Of a stretch of 64,000 bases of DNA, positions 41,900 through 52,305 are shown in pieces. A model generated the notes under the pieces. That model was not told the DNA's origin. It worked only from the letters and a program-made list of their open reading frames with translations, and searched no databases. Where the stretch lies: positions 3,100,001 to 3,164,000 of the forward strand of contig NC_000964.3 in the NCBI RefSeq assembly GCF_000009045.1. The letters run 5' to 3'. Position 1 is the first letter of the stretch, and the number at the start of each line of letters is the position of its first letter. Position numbers and translations under genes: made by a program. This DNA comes from Bacillus subtilis subsp. subtilis str. 168. Its GTDB lineage: Bacteria; Bacillota; Bacilli; Bacillales; Bacillaceae.

Positions 41900-42058
41900 A
41901 TGGAGCAGAAAATTCTATGTGAGGTCAACAACTGTTCTTATTGGGGCAAAGGTAACAAATGCACCGCTGATGCCATTTATGTTGTCAGCCATACTGGTGA
42001 AACGGCTGAAAACAGCCGGGAAACAGACTGCAAAACGTTTAAGCCGCATGATTTATAA
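41900..42058 (+). CDS. ytzL: 52-aa four-Cys protein, DUF1540-like (not in the ORF track)
   Basis: MEQKILCEVNNCSYWGKGNKCTADAIYVVSHTGETAENSRETDCKTFKPHDL; SD AAGGAGG. Confidence 0.85.
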   Translation: MEQKILCEVNNCSYWGKGNKCTADAIYVVSHTGETAENSRETDCKTFKPHDL

Positions 42059-42060
42059 TT

Positions 42061-42095
42061 AAAAGAAAGAGCTGCATCAGCCAGCTCTTTCTTTT
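42061..42095. terminator. Bidirectional terminator ytzL/mntD
   Basis: AAAAGAAAGAGCTG-catcagc-CAGCTCTTTCTTTT overlapping the last mntD codons. Confidence 0.85.
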
Positions 42096-42964
42096 TGCAT
42101 GTTGAGTGTTCTCAGCTTTTTAGTTATGACCCCGTTTGCAGGTGAAAACAAAAAGGCGCTTGCATAACATACACCTGTCATGGCCGCCATCGCTCCTGAA
42201 ATCGAAACATTAAGCCACGTTGCGAAGAAATAGCCCATGACCGCCGACAGCCCGCCAATCAACGCGCTGAGAATCAGCATATAAAGAAGCCGGTCTGTCA
42301 GCAAATGTGCCGCAGCCGGCGGAACAATCAGCATGGCCACAACCAATACGGCACCCACCGAATCAAAGGAAGCAACAGTCGTCAAGGACAGCATGCCCAT
42401 TTGCACGTAATGAATGAGCAAAACCGGTATTCCCAAGGCTAAAGCCATTTGAGGATCAAACGAAGCGATTTTAAACTCCTTATAGCACACACTGATCAAC
42501 ACTACGTTTAAAACCAGAACAGATGCCAGCATCCAAAACGCTTTCGGCCCAATATCAACCCCGAATACCGTCACCGTATTCCACGGCACAAAAGCGATTT
42601 CTCCCATTAACGAGTGCTCAATATCGAGATGGACATTCGCTCCATACACAGAAAGCAAAATAACCCCGATTGCAAATAAGGATGTAAACACAACTCCTAT
42701 GGCAGCATCTGATTGAACCCCCTTGCTATGAAGAAGCTGAACCAAGAAAGCCGTTAACAGACCGGTTGCGGCTGCGCCAATAAACATATAAATCCCATCG
42801 AGACTTCCCGTCACTAGAAAAGCGCCGACAATGCCAAGCAACACTGTGTGACTGATTGCGTCGGCCAGCATCGCCATGCTTCTCAGCACAAGAAATGTGC
42901 CGATCAATCCGCAGCTTACACCGACTAATACACCGGTAGCTATAATCCATGCTTCAAAACTCAT
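42077..42964 (-). CDS. mntD: Mn ABC transporter permease
   Basis: ABC-3 permease motifs MLADAISHTVLLG and ASFDSVG; 295 aa from MSFEAW. Confidence 0.92.
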   Translation of the reverse strand: MSFEAWIIATGVLVGVSCGLIGTFLVLRSMAMLADAISHTVLLGIVGAFLVTGSLDGIYMFIGAAATGLLTAFLVQLLHSKGVQSDAAIGVVFTSLFAIGVILLSVYGANVHLDIEHSLMGEIAFVPWNTVTVFGVDIGPKAFWMLASVLVLNVVLISVCYKEFKIASFDPQMALALGIPVLLIHYVQMGMLSLTTVASFDSVGAVLVVAMLIVPPAAAHLLTDRLLYMLILSALIGGLSAVMGYFFATWLNVSISGAMAAMTGVCYASAFLFSPANGVITKKLRTLNMQKERAG

Positions 42965-44261
42965 TTGCGATCTGTCCCTTCTCGGCATCATGAGACGCTT
43001 TTCGACGCTCAGGCATCCGTCCATACAGCTTTAAGAGTGAATAAAGCCGCTCTCTCGTTTCTCTCGGTAAACGGTCCGGGTCAAAGTAGTCCTGATCGGA
43101 TTCTATATTGGCAAGTTCCATTTCATGCATGAGATACACTTCATACATCCGCTGCTTCAAAGCTGTGTGATAGCCTTTTTCTATCCCTTTGCTTGTGATT
43201 TGCCAAATCCCATTTTCGATACGCTCAATGCACCTCTCTTGTTCCAAGTCATTTAATGCCTTAAGGCATAATGAAGGGGATAGGCGTCTTTTCTTTCTTA
43301 CACTTTCAACAGTTACACAAAGATTATTCTTTTCATACTGTTCATAAATCGCCAAAAGCACTTGCTCCCTGCTTGTTCTGCGCCGCAGCCTCATCAGCCT
43401 TATGGCTTTAGCAGCCAATCCCCGCTTAGGCGCGCAAATCATTGAAAAAAGAAAGAGCAGCGTTGCAGATAAGATCATTAATGGCCCTGTCGCCATTCCC
43501 TTCATCGTGGTGCTAAGCAGGGTTCCGGCCACTCCGCTGACCCCGCCTGTAATCCCGGCAATGATGATCATCCCGGTTAATCGTTCGGTCCAATATCTCG
43601 CGGTTATGGCAGGTGTAATCAGCATAGCCGCCATTAATATCACACCAACAGTCTGAAGCCCAATGACGACAGCACAGACAATCAGACAAGCCAAAAGCCC
43701 GTTTAAAAAACGCACCGGGATTCCTAATCCCTTTGCAAACGCGAGATCAAAAGTAATCAATGTAAATTCCTTAAAGAAAACAATACATAGGAGCAGTAGA
43801 ACAGCGGATATCCCTGCAATAAGGATGATATCCTGCCTGACCAATGAAGCAGCCTGGCCGAATAAAAAAGAATCAAGCCCGCTTTGGCTTCCCGCCCCCT
43901 GTTGCTGAATATATGTCAGCAGAATGATCCCGACGCCAAAAAACACAGAAAGAACAATCCCGATCGCCGAGTCCTCCTTTGTTTTTGAAAGCCGAGGAAT
44001 CAGCTGAATACAAAACGTTCCGAGCAGTCCGGCGAGCGCTGCCCCCAGCAAAAAGAAAGGCAGTGATTTTTGCCCGGTGAACAGAAAAGCGAGACACACT
44101 CCCGGCAGAGCTGAATGGGCCATCGCATCGCCGATTAAACTTTGCTTTCTCAGCAGCACAAAGCTGCCCAAAACACCGCTTGCCGTCCCGAGCAAAAGCG
44201 TACCGGCCAGCACCCACTGTGTATTCGGATGCTGAAGCTGCAGCCACAAACTTTCAAACAT
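42954..44261 (-). CDS. mntC: Mn ABC transporter permease with C-terminal DtxR-like domain
   Basis: IGDAMAHSALPG, LFGQ, LQTVG permease motifs followed by a ~155-aa soluble wHTH tail; SD AAGGAG. Confidence 0.92.
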   Translation of the reverse strand: MFESLWLQLQHPNTQWVLAGTLLLGTASGVLGSFVLLRKQSLIGDAMAHSALPGVCLAFLFTGQKSLPFFLLGAALAGLLGTFCIQLIPRLSKTKEDSAIGIVLSVFFGVGIILLTYIQQQGAGSQSGLDSFLFGQAASLVRQDIILIAGISAVLLLLCIVFFKEFTLITFDLAFAKGLGIPVRFLNGLLACLIVCAVVIGLQTVGVILMAAMLITPAITARYWTERLTGMIIIAGITGGVSGVAGTLLSTTMKGMATGPLMILSATLLFLFSMICAPKRGLAAKAIRLMRLRRRTSREQVLLAIYEQYEKNNLCVTVESVRKKRRLSPSLCLKALNDLEQERCIERIENGIWQITSKGIEKGYHTALKQRMYEVYLMHEMELANIESDQDYFDPDRLPRETRERLYSLLKLYGRMPERRKASHDAEKGQIANEF

Positions 44262-44266
44262 TGCGC

Positions 44267-45019
44267 TCACTCCTTATGTCCTTCTGCCAGCACTTTATCT
44301 TTTAAAAACGTAAGCCTTCCTCCATATGTTTTTTGCAGGTTTTCGATCGTAAAAACGTTTTCCGTCGGTCCGAAAGCGATTTTCCTTAAATGAAGCAGTA
44401 AGATCCAATCGAAATAATCCTCGGCGGTCTGCAGATCATGATGGACGACAAGCACGGTTTTTCCTTTTTCTTTGAGTTCTGCCAACAGCGTCATAATCGC
44501 GCGCTCCGTCGCTGCATCAACACCTGCAAACGGTTCATCCATAAAATAAATGTCAGCGTTCTGGCAGAGTGCCCGGGCAAGAAACACCCGCTGCTGCTGT
44601 CCGCCTGACAGCTGGCTGATTTGCCTTTTCGCATAATCATGCATCCCGACTTTTGTTAATGCGGCCTTCGCCATCTCCACATCCGCTTTCTTTGGCCTCT
44701 TTAATAAACCGATTCTCCCGTATCTTCCCATTAGGACGACATCGAGCGGGCTTGTGGGGAAATCCCAGTCAACCGAGCCGCGCTGCGGAACATATCCGAT
44801 TCTGGTCCGCTGATCCTTATAGTCTTTGCCGTAAATAGAGATGTCTCCGGAAGCTCTGGGCACAAGACCGAGAATCGTTTTGATCAAGGTTGATTTTCCC
44901 GCGCCGTTTGGGCCGATAATGCCAATAAGTTTTCCTTCAGGCACCTGCAGCGAAATGTCCTGCAGTACAGGCTTTTTATGATAAGCAACCGTCACATTAT
45001 CAAGCTCAACAGGGAACAT
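44267..45019 (-). CDS. mntB: Mn ABC transporter ATPase
   Basis: GPNGAGKS, LSGGQ, YFMDEP. Confidence 0.93.
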   Translation of the reverse strand: MFPVELDNVTVAYHKKPVLQDISLQVPEGKLIGIIGPNGAGKSTLIKTILGLVPRASGDISIYGKDYKDQRTRIGYVPQRGSVDWDFPTSPLDVVLMGRYGRIGLLKRPKKADVEMAKAALTKVGMHDYAKRQISQLSGGQQQRVFLARALCQNADIYFMDEPFAGVDAATERAIMTLLAELKEKGKTVLVVHHDLQTAEDYFDWILLLHLRKIAFGPTENVFTIENLQKTYGGRLTFLKDKVLAEGHKE

Positions 45020-45037
45020 ATCCTCCACCTCTTTTCT

Positions 45038-45958
45038 TTATTTAAGCGCTTTAGTAATCGTGTTGATATTGTGGCGGAACATTCCTTCGTATGTGCCTTC
45101 TTTTGTGCCCTTTTCACCCATGGCATCCGAATAAAGCTGACCGCCGATTGTGACTGTATGGCCTTTTTCTTTAGCGCCTTCCACCACTGCATTGATTGAT
45201 TTTTCAGATACACTGCTTTCTACGAACACAGCTTTTATTTGTTTTTCTGTCAGAAGATCAACCAGCTCCTGAACATCCCTTAATCCATAGTCCGAATCTG
45301 TGCTGAGTCCCTGCAGGCCTTTTACCTTAAATCCATACTCATTCCCAAAGTACGCAAACGCATCATGAGCAGTCACAAGCACACGGCTTTTCTCCGGAAT
45401 ATGTGCGATCTCCTTACGCGACCACTTATCTAAATATTGCAAATCTTCTTTGTACTCTTTGGCATTTTTCCGAAAGGCATCTGCGTGCTGAGGCATTGCT
45501 TTGCTGAATTGCGCTTCAATTTCATCCACCGCATAGATCCATAACGGAATGCTGAACCAGACGTGGGGATCAAACGTCTTGCCTTCCCCCGCGGGAATAA
45601 GCTTATTTTTCGGAATGGCCTCAGCTACTGCCGCCGATTGTTTTTGTTCGCCGATTTTTTGGAGGACATCCTCCATTTTCCCTTCCAAATGCAACCCGCT
45701 GTACAGAACAACATCGGCAGACATTAATTTTTTCGTGTCACCTTGGGAAGCTTTGTAAAGGTGCGGATCAACCCCCGGTCCCATTAAAGAGGTGACTTTT
45801 ACGTGCTTACCTCCGATGTTTTCTGCTGCATCGGCAATTTGAGATGTTGTCGCTGTCACTTGTAATTGCTGATCAGCGCTTTTTCCGGCTGAATCCGTTC
45901 CGCATCCCGTTAAAGCAAAGGTCGCAAAAAGTACTGCTGCCATCAGCCCTTGTCTCAT
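45038..45958 (-). CDS. mntA: Mn-binding lipoprotein (TroA family)
   Basis: Lipobox LTGC; metal ligands DPHLY, DPHVW, HDAF, SD; SD GAGGAGG. Confidence 0.95.
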   Translation of the reverse strand: MRQGLMAAVLFATFALTGCGTDSAGKSADQQLQVTATTSQIADAAENIGGKHVKVTSLMGPGVDPHLYKASQGDTKKLMSADVVLYSGLHLEGKMEDVLQKIGEQKQSAAVAEAIPKNKLIPAGEGKTFDPHVWFSIPLWIYAVDEIEAQFSKAMPQHADAFRKNAKEYKEDLQYLDKWSRKEIAHIPEKSRVLVTAHDAFAYFGNEYGFKVKGLQGLSTDSDYGLRDVQELVDLLTEKQIKAVFVESSVSEKSINAVVEGAKEKGHTVTIGGQLYSDAMGEKGTKEGTYEGMFRHNINTITKALK

Positions 45959-46068
45959 ATTTCTCCTCCTCTTTGCCATCAATGTCCGATTGTTTTATCT
46001 TATGTTGTCAGTTCTTAGACATGTGACATTAAATTAGCCAAAAGCATGTTTTATTTACACAGGACAAA

Positions 46069-46090
46069 AAGTTTCCCTCATGCAAAATTA
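46069..46090. promoter_or_regulatory. MntR operator overlapping the -10 / transcription start
   Basis: TAATTTTGCATGAGGGAAACTT on the minus strand. Confidence 0.7.
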
Positions 46091-46113
46091 TCGCGTTTGG
46101 CCATTTTTGTCAA
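46085..46113 (-). promoter_or_regulatory. sigA promoter of mntABCD
   Basis: TTGACA-17-TAATTT. Confidence 0.75.
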
Positions 46114-46125
46114 GCTGATTTACAT

Positions 46126-46153
46126 AAAAAAACCGGCTGGGTCAGCAGCCGGT
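46126..46153 (-). terminator. men operon terminator
   Basis: ACCGGCTG-6nt-CAGCCGGT plus a U-tract on the minus strand. Confidence 0.8.
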
Positions 46154-46237
46154 CCAAACGAGAAGGGATGTATTCAACGAACACTTTTACTGTAACAGCA
46201 CAGTGTCATTTATTCAAAATAGCAAAATGCTTTTTTC

Positions 46238-47353
46238 TTAACCATGCTGTGTGAAAACATCCATTTTGGTCACATATTTTCGCATAATATCTTGGTTTAC
46301 CTCAACCCCTAAACCAGGCTGTTTTGACACAGAAATAAATCCATTATCAATACGAATATCAGGAGTTACAATATCTTCATCCCAATAGCGTGAGGATGAA
46401 GATATATCGCCAGGTATTGTGAATTGAGGCAGTGAAGCAAGCGCCACGTTCTGCGCTCTTGATATGCCTGTTTCCAGCATTCCTCCGCACCAAACCTGCA
46501 TATGATGCTCTTTGCATAAATCATGAATTTTTAAGGCTTCTGTTAAGCCGCCGACACGAGAAGGTTTTATATTAATAATTTTGCAGCTTCCTAGCTCAAT
46601 CGCCCGTCTCGCATCATCAACTGAACAAATGCTCTCATCAAGGCAAATGGCCGTTTTCAAATGTTTCTGCAAGTGGCGGTGGTCAACGATATCGTCAGCT
46701 TGGAGCGGCTGCTCAATCATCATTAAATGATAGTCATCAAGCTCCTTTAAACGGCTGATATCCTTCAGTTCGTAAGAGGAATTGGCATCGGCCATAAGCG
46801 GGATGGTTGGGAATCGGCTGCGGATGGCCTTGACCAATTCCACATCCTGCCCAGGCTGAATTTTAATTTTTATTCTTTGATAACCTTCTTTTTGATAGCT
46901 CTCAATTTCCTTCAGCATATCGTCAAGAGGCGCCAGGCCGACTACCACCCCGGCAGGGACTTTATCTCTTGTTCCGCCCAATGCCTCAGCAAGGGATACG
47001 CCCTTCTTTTTGGCATAAATATCCCATACAGCCGATTCAAGTCCCGCTTTTGCCATCCGGTTTCCTTTATACCGCGCCAGGCTGTCCGGCACTTCTGAAG
47101 GGTGATTGAATTCACGGCCGACGACATTTGGGATAAAAAAATCTTTTAGCATATGCAAACATGTTCCAATGGTTTCCTCGGTGTACCAAGGCGAAGAGAA
47201 AGCGGAAACTTCTCCCCAGCCTGTGACACCTGATGTATCAATGGCTTCCACGATCAGAAATTTACGCTCTTGAAGCGTTTCGATACTGTTTTTAAACGGT
47301 TTCTTTAAGTTCATGCTCAAATGGTAAAGCGTGATTTTTTCTATTTCGATCAT
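46238..47353 (-). CDS. menC: o-Succinylbenzoate synthase
   Basis: Enolase superfamily KIKI, DAN, EQP, DES, GGMLETG. Confidence 0.95.
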   Translation of the reverse strand: MIEIEKITLYHLSMNLKKPFKNSIETLQERKFLIVEAIDTSGVTGWGEVSAFSSPWYTEETIGTCLHMLKDFFIPNVVGREFNHPSEVPDSLARYKGNRMAKAGLESAVWDIYAKKKGVSLAEALGGTRDKVPAGVVVGLAPLDDMLKEIESYQKEGYQRIKIKIQPGQDVELVKAIRSRFPTIPLMADANSSYELKDISRLKELDDYHLMMIEQPLQADDIVDHRHLQKHLKTAICLDESICSVDDARRAIELGSCKIINIKPSRVGGLTEALKIHDLCKEHHMQVWCGGMLETGISRAQNVALASLPQFTIPGDISSSSRYWDEDIVTPDIRIDNGFISVSKQPGLGVEVNQDIMRKYVTKMDVFTQHG

Positions 47354-48810
47354 AGCAGTTCTCCTTTACGCGCATCCTTCAGCTGATTTCGCAAGAGCTT
47401 ATTAGACGCATTGCGCGGCAGGCGGTCAAGCACAAAGAATTTTGCCGGAATTTTATACTTCGCCAAGCGTTCTTTGCAGTAGTCAGTCAATTCTCCTGCG
47501 CTCACAGGCTTGTGAAGGACAAGATAGGCGTGAGGCACTTTCCCCCATTTTTTGTCCTCAGCCCCTGAAACCCCGGCTTCGGCCACAGCGGGGTGTGAAA
47601 GCAGCACTGACTCCACTTCGGCCGGATAAATGTTTTCTCCGCCGGATATGATCAGATCTGAACGTCTGTCTAATACATATAAAAAGCCTTCATTGTCCAA
47701 ATAACCAAGATCACCTGTTTTCAGCCAGCCATTTTGAAAGGAGGCTTCGTTTGCGCTCTCCCGGTTAAAATAGCTTTTCATGACATTCGGGCCTTTGACC
47801 ATGATTTCACCGTGTTCATACGGTTCACATACCTGTCCGTCCCGCTCTATTTTGATTTCACACGAAAACAGCGGTTTCCCCGCAGATCCGAGCTTTTCCA
47901 TGCTGAATTCCGGCGACAGGGTAACAATTTGCGAGCATGTTTCTGTCATTCCATATGACTGAAAGACAGGGAATCCTTTCTCACGGCATTCCTCAAGCAA
48001 TGGCAGCGGTGCAGGACCGCCGCCGAGAAGAATGCATCTGATGGATTCAGGGCAGCGGTTTGTTTCTTCCAAAAGACTGGCCAGCATAGTCTGCACCGCA
48101 GATATCATTGTCACTTCATGCCTGTTGATAGAATGCAGCACATCGCTTACGGAAAAACGCTGGTGAAGCACGACAGTCATTCCATAGATCACAGATTTAA
48201 ATAATGCGGACAATCCGCTGATATGAAAGAGCGGCAATGCGATAAGCCAGCGGTCTTGTTCTGTTATACCCAAATTAAGAGCGGACGACACCGCACTGAA
48301 ATAATGGTTTCCGAACGTTTGCTGAACTCCCTTGGGCTTTCCTGTCGTACCCGACGTATACATCAGCGTTGCCGTTGCATCCATTTGCATATAAGCCTCG
48401 ATCTCAATTTCCTCTGCTGCTTCTTTCATCAGTTCATCCACATCAATCGTTTGAACGATGTGTTCATATTCTTTCTTCTCAAAGCTTGAATCTGTCAATA
48501 AAAAGCCGGATCCCGAATCCTCCAGCTGAAACAGCCTTTCATGTGTTGACAGCTTCGTATTCAAAAGCACCGCCTTAACACCAAGCAAAAAACAAGCGTG
48601 AACAGCGTATACCATTTCTGCACGGTTTTGGAGCAAAATAGCTGCAGTATCCCCTTTCCGAACCGAATGAGCGGCAAGCTGTTCCGCCATTCGTTTAGAC
48701 GCGGCAAACAATTCTGCAAATGTCACGGTTTGGTCTTCATAGATGAGAGCGATTCTCTCAGGTGTCAGCTGTGCCCGCTGCATGAGCCAGTTGGGCTGTT
48801 CTGTCAGCAT
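47350..48810 (-). CDS. menE: o-Succinylbenzoate-CoA ligase
   Basis: AMP-binding YTSGTTGKPKG, YGMTET, TGDLG, SGGENIYP. Confidence 0.95.
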   Translation of the reverse strand: MLTEQPNWLMQRAQLTPERIALIYEDQTVTFAELFAASKRMAEQLAAHSVRKGDTAAILLQNRAEMVYAVHACFLLGVKAVLLNTKLSTHERLFQLEDSGSGFLLTDSSFEKKEYEHIVQTIDVDELMKEAAEEIEIEAYMQMDATATLMYTSGTTGKPKGVQQTFGNHYFSAVSSALNLGITEQDRWLIALPLFHISGLSALFKSVIYGMTVVLHQRFSVSDVLHSINRHEVTMISAVQTMLASLLEETNRCPESIRCILLGGGPAPLPLLEECREKGFPVFQSYGMTETCSQIVTLSPEFSMEKLGSAGKPLFSCEIKIERDGQVCEPYEHGEIMVKGPNVMKSYFNRESANEASFQNGWLKTGDLGYLDNEGFLYVLDRRSDLIISGGENIYPAEVESVLLSHPAVAEAGVSGAEDKKWGKVPHAYLVLHKPVSAGELTDYCKERLAKYKIPAKFFVLDRLPRNASNKLLRNQLKDARKGELL

Positions 48811-48841
48811 GTCATCATCTCCGAGGTAAAATGTCTGTATT

Positions 48842-48880
48842 GAAAAGAAAACAGCTTGGACCGCAAAGTCTCAAGCTGTT
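48842..48880 (-). terminator. Internal hairpin/terminator between menB and menE
   Basis: AACAGCTTG(A)GAC-6nt-GTCCAAGCTGTT then TTCTTTT on the minus strand. Confidence 0.7.
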
Positions 48881-48900
48881 GGTTTACTAGATATTGCTGA

Positions 48901-49716
48901 TCACGGAAAACGAGGGAACTGTCCGAAATCAGGTTTGCGTTTTTCCTTAAAGGAATCACGGCCTTCTTTTGCTTCATCTGTTGTGTAGTAAAGAAGGGTA
49001 GCATCCCCTGCAAACTGCTGAATTCCAGCAAGTCCGTCTGTGTCCGCGTTAAACGCAGCTTTAAGAAAGCGCAGTGCGGTCGGGCTTTTTTCAAGCATTT
49101 CTTCACACCATTTAATCGTTTCTTCTTCAAGCTGTTCCAAAGGAACGACTGTGTTGACAAGACCCATGTCCAGTGCTTCCTGTGCGTTGTACTGACGGCA
49201 TAGGTACCAGATTTCACGTGCTTTTTTATGTCCTACAATTCGAGCCAGGTAGCCAGAACCGTAACCTGCATCGAAGCTTCCCACTTTAGGGCCTGTTTGT
49301 CCAAAAATTGCGTTGTCCGCAGCAATTGTCAAGTCACATACGATGTGAAGCACATGGCCTCCGCCGATCGCATATCCGGACACCATCGCAACAACCGGTT
49401 TCGGGATGACGCGGATTAAACGCTGAAGATCCAATACGTTAAGACGAGGGATCTGGTCGTCTCCTACATATCCACCGTGGCCGCGCACTTTTTGGTCTCC
49501 GCCAGAACAAAATGCTTTGTCCCCTGCACCGGCAAGCACGATAACCCCAACGTTTTGGTCGTCTCTTGCGTCAGCAAACGCATCAATCATTTCAGCAACC
49601 GTTTTAGGGGTAAACGCATTATGTACCTCAGGTCGGTTGATTGTTATTTTTGCAATGCCATTATACGTTTCATACAATATCTCATCGTATGTCCGTTTTG
49701 TTTTCCATTCAGCCAT
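48901..49716 (-). CDS. menB: 1,4-Dihydroxy-2-naphthoyl-CoA synthase
   Basis: Crotonase fold FCSGGDQ, GGGHVL, GSFDAG. Confidence 0.96.
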   Translation of the reverse strand: MAEWKTKRTYDEILYETYNGIAKITINRPEVHNAFTPKTVAEMIDAFADARDDQNVGVIVLAGAGDKAFCSGGDQKVRGHGGYVGDDQIPRLNVLDLQRLIRVIPKPVVAMVSGYAIGGGHVLHIVCDLTIAADNAIFGQTGPKVGSFDAGYGSGYLARIVGHKKAREIWYLCRQYNAQEALDMGLVNTVVPLEQLEEETIKWCEEMLEKSPTALRFLKAAFNADTDGLAGIQQFAGDATLLYYTTDEAKEGRDSFKEKRKPDFGQFPRFP

Positions 49717-49750
49717 ATGATGACCTCCTTTTATTCTCTATGTGAATGAG

Positions 49751-50575
49751 TCAGATGCTTGTCAAAAACTCACTCACTATTTTACCAAACAATCGCGGCT
49801 GCTCCACATGGACCGTATGTCCTGCTTTTGGAACAATCTCTATTCTACTAGAAGGAAGCATCTTATGCACCTCTTGATTGATGGCGCAAAATTTTTCGTC
49901 CCACTCCCCGCAGATCAGAAGCACAGGAACATCTATTTCCTCTACACGGCTCCACAAGGAAGGCTGTGAACCGGTGCCCATGCCGGTTAAACTGTTCGCA
50001 AGCCCAATCTTATTGTTCCGCAGACGGCCCGATCGTATCCTGTACCGAATATCTTCAGCCAGCCTCTGCTGAGATGAAAACAAAGGGATATTCTCCCAAT
50101 ACGCAACAAACGCTTCGAGCCCGTCTCGTAAAATAAAATCAGCAAGCTTCCGGTCCCGCATGATTCGTTCCCGCCGTTCCCCAAGTGTTTTGAGCCCCGG
50201 CGTCGTGCTTTCAAGCACAAGTGCCGATACCCGCTCGGGATATGTCATCGCAAAAGAGTAAGCAAGCCTTCCTCCCATAGAATACCCAATCAATTTCACT
50301 TTGTGAAGTTTTAATTGATCAAAAATCTCGGCAAGGTCAGAAACTTGCCGGGTTGTGCTGTATCTTTTCCCATTCAGCGGGGCATCGGTTTCCCCATGCC
50401 CTAAACAATCAATTTTGATCAAACGGGAATCAGGCAGCATTTCATCAAGAAAAGTCCATGATTGTTTGCTGCCGGTAAACCCATGCAGACAGACGACGGC
50501 TTCGGAAGCATTCGGTCCCTCGTCTGCCACTGCATATCGGACACCATCTGATACCGTTATGTTTACAGTTCCCAT
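49751..50575 (-). CDS. menH: SHCHC synthase (ytxM)
   Basis: LHGFTG, GYSMGG, GHTVH catalytic triad motifs; position in the men operon. Confidence 0.92.
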
Positions 50576-52305
50576 TGTTTTTTCACTTCCCGCACAGCCT
50601 CATTCAGCATATCGCGATGAAGCTGGACTCTTGATTGGCGATCCGTTTTGATTTCAATCAAATGGAGTCCGGGCTTGTCTGCCTGCGGCGCGTAAGCTGT
50701 TTTGAATTCATCCCAAGAAGCCGGGCATGAATACGTTCCGCCGTAAAGTGCAGCCGCATGCTTGAAATCGAGCCCTGTCGGTGTGCCGAACAAATCTTCA
50801 AAGTGTGTCTTCTCAGAAGCCTGCGGCAAAAAGGAGAAAATCCCTCCTCCGTCATTATTGACAAGAATCACAGTAAGAGGAATACCCAGCTTTTTGGCCG
50901 CCAGCAGGCCGTTTAAATCATGATAAAAAGATAAATCTCCAATCACAAGGGTAACAGGCGCTTTTGTTCCTTCACATACCCCCATGGCAGAGGAGACGAC
51001 ACCGTCTATCCCGTTTGCTCCCCGGTTTGAATAAATCCGGAAAGGGCGGTCCTGCTTTTCAAAAAACGTATCAACATCCCTGATCGGCATGCTGTTTCCC
51101 ACAAACAGCGAGCTGTTTTCAGGCACAAGATGCTGAAGGATTCGATAGAGATTGCCTTCAAACGAAACATCTTCACTGCTGATTGTTTGCAGATGCTCGC
51201 GGAACCGCCCATTGACAAACTGCCACTTTTCCAGCCACTCTGAGGATCTGGTGGCAGCAGTAAGGCCTGCCATGATCTCCTCAGCAAAAACAGACGCATT
51301 ACAATGAATCATATGCGCGCTTGCCTGTGTCGGGTCTCTCCACCCTCCATCCTCGTCAATCACGATTTGCTGAATCGTCGGATCATCCTTAAGCCATAAG
51401 AAAACCGGTTTTGAAACAGGCATCGGTCCAAACCGAATGACAACATCAGGACGGAGTTTCCGCTTCAGCTCATCATCTTTTAAAAACGAATCATACGCAT
51501 CAATAACAGTGCTTTTATCATGAACACCATTCCGCAGATTAGACAGCGGATCTGCTAAAATTGGATACTGAAGCGCTTTTGACAGCGCAATAATGTTTTC
51601 CTTGTCCGCATCACTATGGAGCTCTCCGCAGACGATCATTCCTTTTTCAGCCTCTGCGAGCATCTCAGCCACATCAGACAGGGACTCTCGGTCAACAGAC
51701 TGCGTACCCGTTTTCACAGACACATGACGGCCTGTTCTCATTCTTCCAAACGGCTCATCTGAAAGATCCGGCATCAGCGGTTCGCGCAGCGGCACATTCA
51801 CATGGACAGGCCCCATCGGGCGCTTTTGTGCTTCTCCGGCAGCGCGGCTTGCCAGCGTTCGGATGTATCTCAGCATTTGCGGAGACTCTTCAGGAAGAGC
51901 AGAGTCTGTGAAAAACTTAACAAAGTTACCGAATAAGAAGTGCTGATTAATAGCCTGCGGTGCGCCTACTTCGCGCAGCTCATGAGGCCGATCAGCAGTT
52001 AACACAATAATAGGCACCCTTGAATAATGGGCTTCAACCACAGCCGGATAAAAGTTGGCCGCGGCTGTTCCAGATGTACAGATCAATAGTACGGGACGCT
52101 GCTTCGCTTTTGCCAAACCTAATGCAAAAAATCCGGCAGACCTTTCATCAATTTGGACATGGACGCTGATATCGGGATGCGCAGCACAAAGAACAGCCAG
52201 CGGTGTAGATCTTGAGCCCGGACAAACGACGGCGTCCGTAATTCCGGAAAGGGCGAATTCATCAATAAAACTTCCGATGTAATGAGTAATCGGGTTGACT
52301 GTCAA
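50563..52305 (-). CDS. menD: SEPHCHC synthase (ThDP-dependent)
   Basis: [29 protein letters not shown] ThDP motif. Confidence 0.96.

Noticed and set aside
48804-49217. 137-aa alternative-frame ORF bridging menB and menE (possible frameshift fusion)
   Set aside because: menB and menE are each complete with their own stop and start, a terminator hairpin lies between them, and I saw no slippery site.
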